A stretch of DNA of 64,000 bases from Phallusia mammillata (lineage: Eukaryota). Location: the NCBI GenBank assembly GCA_965637545.1, contig OZ281497.1, forward strand, positions 3,472,001 through 3,536,000, written 5' to 3'. The stretch's first letter is position 1. The number at the start of each line of letters is the position of its first letter. Positions 61,895 through 64,000 of this stretch are shown one piece after another. A program made the position numbers and the translations under genes. A model generated the notes under the pieces. That model made no database searches, was not told where the DNA came from, and saw nothing but the letters and a program-made list of their open reading frames with translations.

Positions 61895-63806
61895 ATGGAA
61901 GCTGTATTTTGCATTGTACTTGGGATTGCTGCCACGGCGTATGCAGAAGGAACAACTTCATTTGGAAGCATTGCAAATGAAACTGCAAAGGCTGCTGTAG
62001 ACATCTGTGGTGACGCTATTGAAGAAAGTGCGCAGCCGGTTACCGATGATGGTGCGATGGTTGTAATGAACATTGTACTCTCCTTGATTATCGGCATCGT
62101 ATCGTTCGTGACCATTGTTGGTAACCTAATGGTCTTCGCATCTGTGATGATATTCCGTAAGCTACAGACCATACCGAACATGTTTATCCTTAGTCTCGCA
62201 GTAGCGGACTTAATCATGGGTGGATTTGTGCTTCCGATCGGTGCTCACGATGTAATAGGACATCGCTGGCTTCTTGGTCACTTTTTCTGTGACATTTGGA
62301 CTTCCGTAGACGTCCTCAGCGTTACAGCAAGCATTGGAACCCTCTGCATTATTTCTCTTGACCGTTACGTGGCTATCACAATGCCCTTCCAGTATTCATT
62401 GAGAATGACTCGGCCGAGGGCACGATGTATCATAGGAGCAGTTTGGATCATTTCGGCAGCGACAGCGTTTATTCCAATACATCTCGGGTGGTGGAAGTCG
62501 GAAAAGCCTTGCGATGTAAAGTGTTACGAGGATCCTGAATGCTGTGAGTTCCGAACCAATCCTACGTACGGAGTCGTGTCGTCTTGTATATCCTTCTACA
62601 TTCCGCTAATTGTAATGGTCATCGCATACAGCATCGTATTTAAAAGTAAGTGGGATTCGTTTTGCAGGATTAGATTGGTAGAAAACCTTGCTATTCTGAA
62701 CTTCGTAAAGGGTTAAAGCGAATGTACTGCAAGAATTTAGCACATAATAGGGTATTGTGGTTTTCACACCACAATAACTTCGTTAGGTTAAGTGTGTAAC
62801 GTGAAAAAGGTTGTAGCTGTTGAAAATTTAAAACACATTTTTTGTTTTTTCCACTAAAATATAAAGGTTTTATTTTATTGATTGTGATTAGTTCAAAGCA
62901 TTTTATGAAGTTATCTTCCCACAGACGGATAGTAATTTTCGCTTGTTTTTGGTACAGTCGCAATACAGAAACGTTCAAAGATCCGAAATAGAGAGGGGGT
63001 TTACCGTCGAGCTTCGATGCCCGGAACACGAAGCATGCTGTGGGGAAGGGGAGAATACAGAGCTATCTTCACTATGGGGATCATCATGGGCACTTTCGTC
63101 ATATGCTGGTTGCCATTTTTCATTATCAACGTTTTGTCGGTAAGGGTTTCTTTGTGCAAAGAAGTTACAGTGAAAATTTAGGCACCAGTCTGTCAGTTAT
63201 ATACCATTGCCGACAGAGCAAAACAAAAAGTTTTTGAAATATGCCTGACAAAAACAATGTATTCAGTCAGGCAGTCGGTGATTACTTTGGGTTATTAAAG
63301 TAAGTTTTTCCAAAGTGTACCTCGTTTTGATTGGCGCATTTTGTCAATAATAGTTTTTAGGTATTAAATAAAGTGAAGTGTTTGTTCATATTTAACAAAA
63401 AAAACATTCGCTACGTGGCTGTAATGTTTTTTAACAAAGATACATAACTTTGCATAAACTAAAAAAAATGCTGAAATATAAGTTGACATGGTGTCAATAC
63501 AATACCTACAACTCCTAGCATTTGCACCACAAAGAAAGTGTTTCAAGATAGACCCTGGTAACTTATAGCCACAATTTCAACACCATTCTGATCTTCATCA
63601 GTGGCAAACTACAAACACAGTCGATAATCCAAAATCGATCGCTTTTTTGCAGGTGTTTTGCGACGACTGTGTGCCCAAAGACGTATTTTTGGGATTTAAC
63701 TGGCTTGGCTACGTAAACAGCTTCTTCAATCCCATTATCTACAGCCACAGTAAAGAGTTTCGACGGGCTTTTAAGCGAATTCTGCACTGTGGACTTTGCA
63801 GAGACG
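61895..63806 (+). CDS. ADRB: Beta-adrenergic receptor-like class A GPCR (3' end runs off the window)
   Basis: Exons 61895-62645, 62958-63139, 63653-63806 (donor GACG|GTAAGG; the frame also stays open to 64000). TM3 [27 protein letters not shown]2 [15 protein letters not shown]5 [15 protein letters not shown]6 [19 protein letters not shown] and TM7 [16 protein letters not shown] match vertebrate beta-AR motifs. Upstream acceptor TTTCTACAG| at 61606. Confidence 0.9.
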
Positions 63807-64000
63807 GTAAGGGCGCCTGGCTTTTTTTGTTCATTAAGTTTCGCGGCTTATTTGAACGGAGCCCGAACGGACGATTGTTAGTTGAAAAGCTGGACTCGCA
63901 TTCATCAGAATATCTCACCAAATGGCGCCACACCAGAATTCTTAGAAATGCAGATTTTCGTAGAAAACTTTATCAGTGGCCAAAGTCGACATGGTGTTTC

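Noticed and set aside
61870-62217. 115-aa minus-strand ORF
   Set aside because: Antisense shadow of GPCR exon 1.

Overview
AT-rich eukaryotic genomic DNA with GT-AG introns, most likely from an ascidian tunicate (inferred from the actin N-terminus, intron pattern and receptor repertoire). Three protein-coding genes can be assembled, all on the + strand: (1) a strongly divergent TRPC-family cation channel (17 coding exons, 10293-24914, about 998 aa); (2) a chordate muscle-type actin (378 aa, 5 coding exons plus a non-coding first exon, with a readable CArG/E-box/TATA/Inr promoter); (3) a beta-adrenergic-like GPCR (61895 to the window end). About 29 kb between actin and the receptor has no gene I can assemble. 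The rest holds hAT/Buster-type MITEs with 8-bp NNNTANNN target duplications, two tRNA-derived SINE families, probable decayed LINE and Gypsy fragments, palindromic elements and a minisatellite. The most interesting non-coding signal is a set of hammerhead-ribozyme motifs of the Penelope-like-element type. They belong to three sequence families, and every element seen in full is folded back by an inverted duplication. One is a near-canonical type I hammerhead, a single core base off consensus, in the sense strand of TRPC intron 5. All coordinates and translations were made by hand; no searches or folding programs were run.
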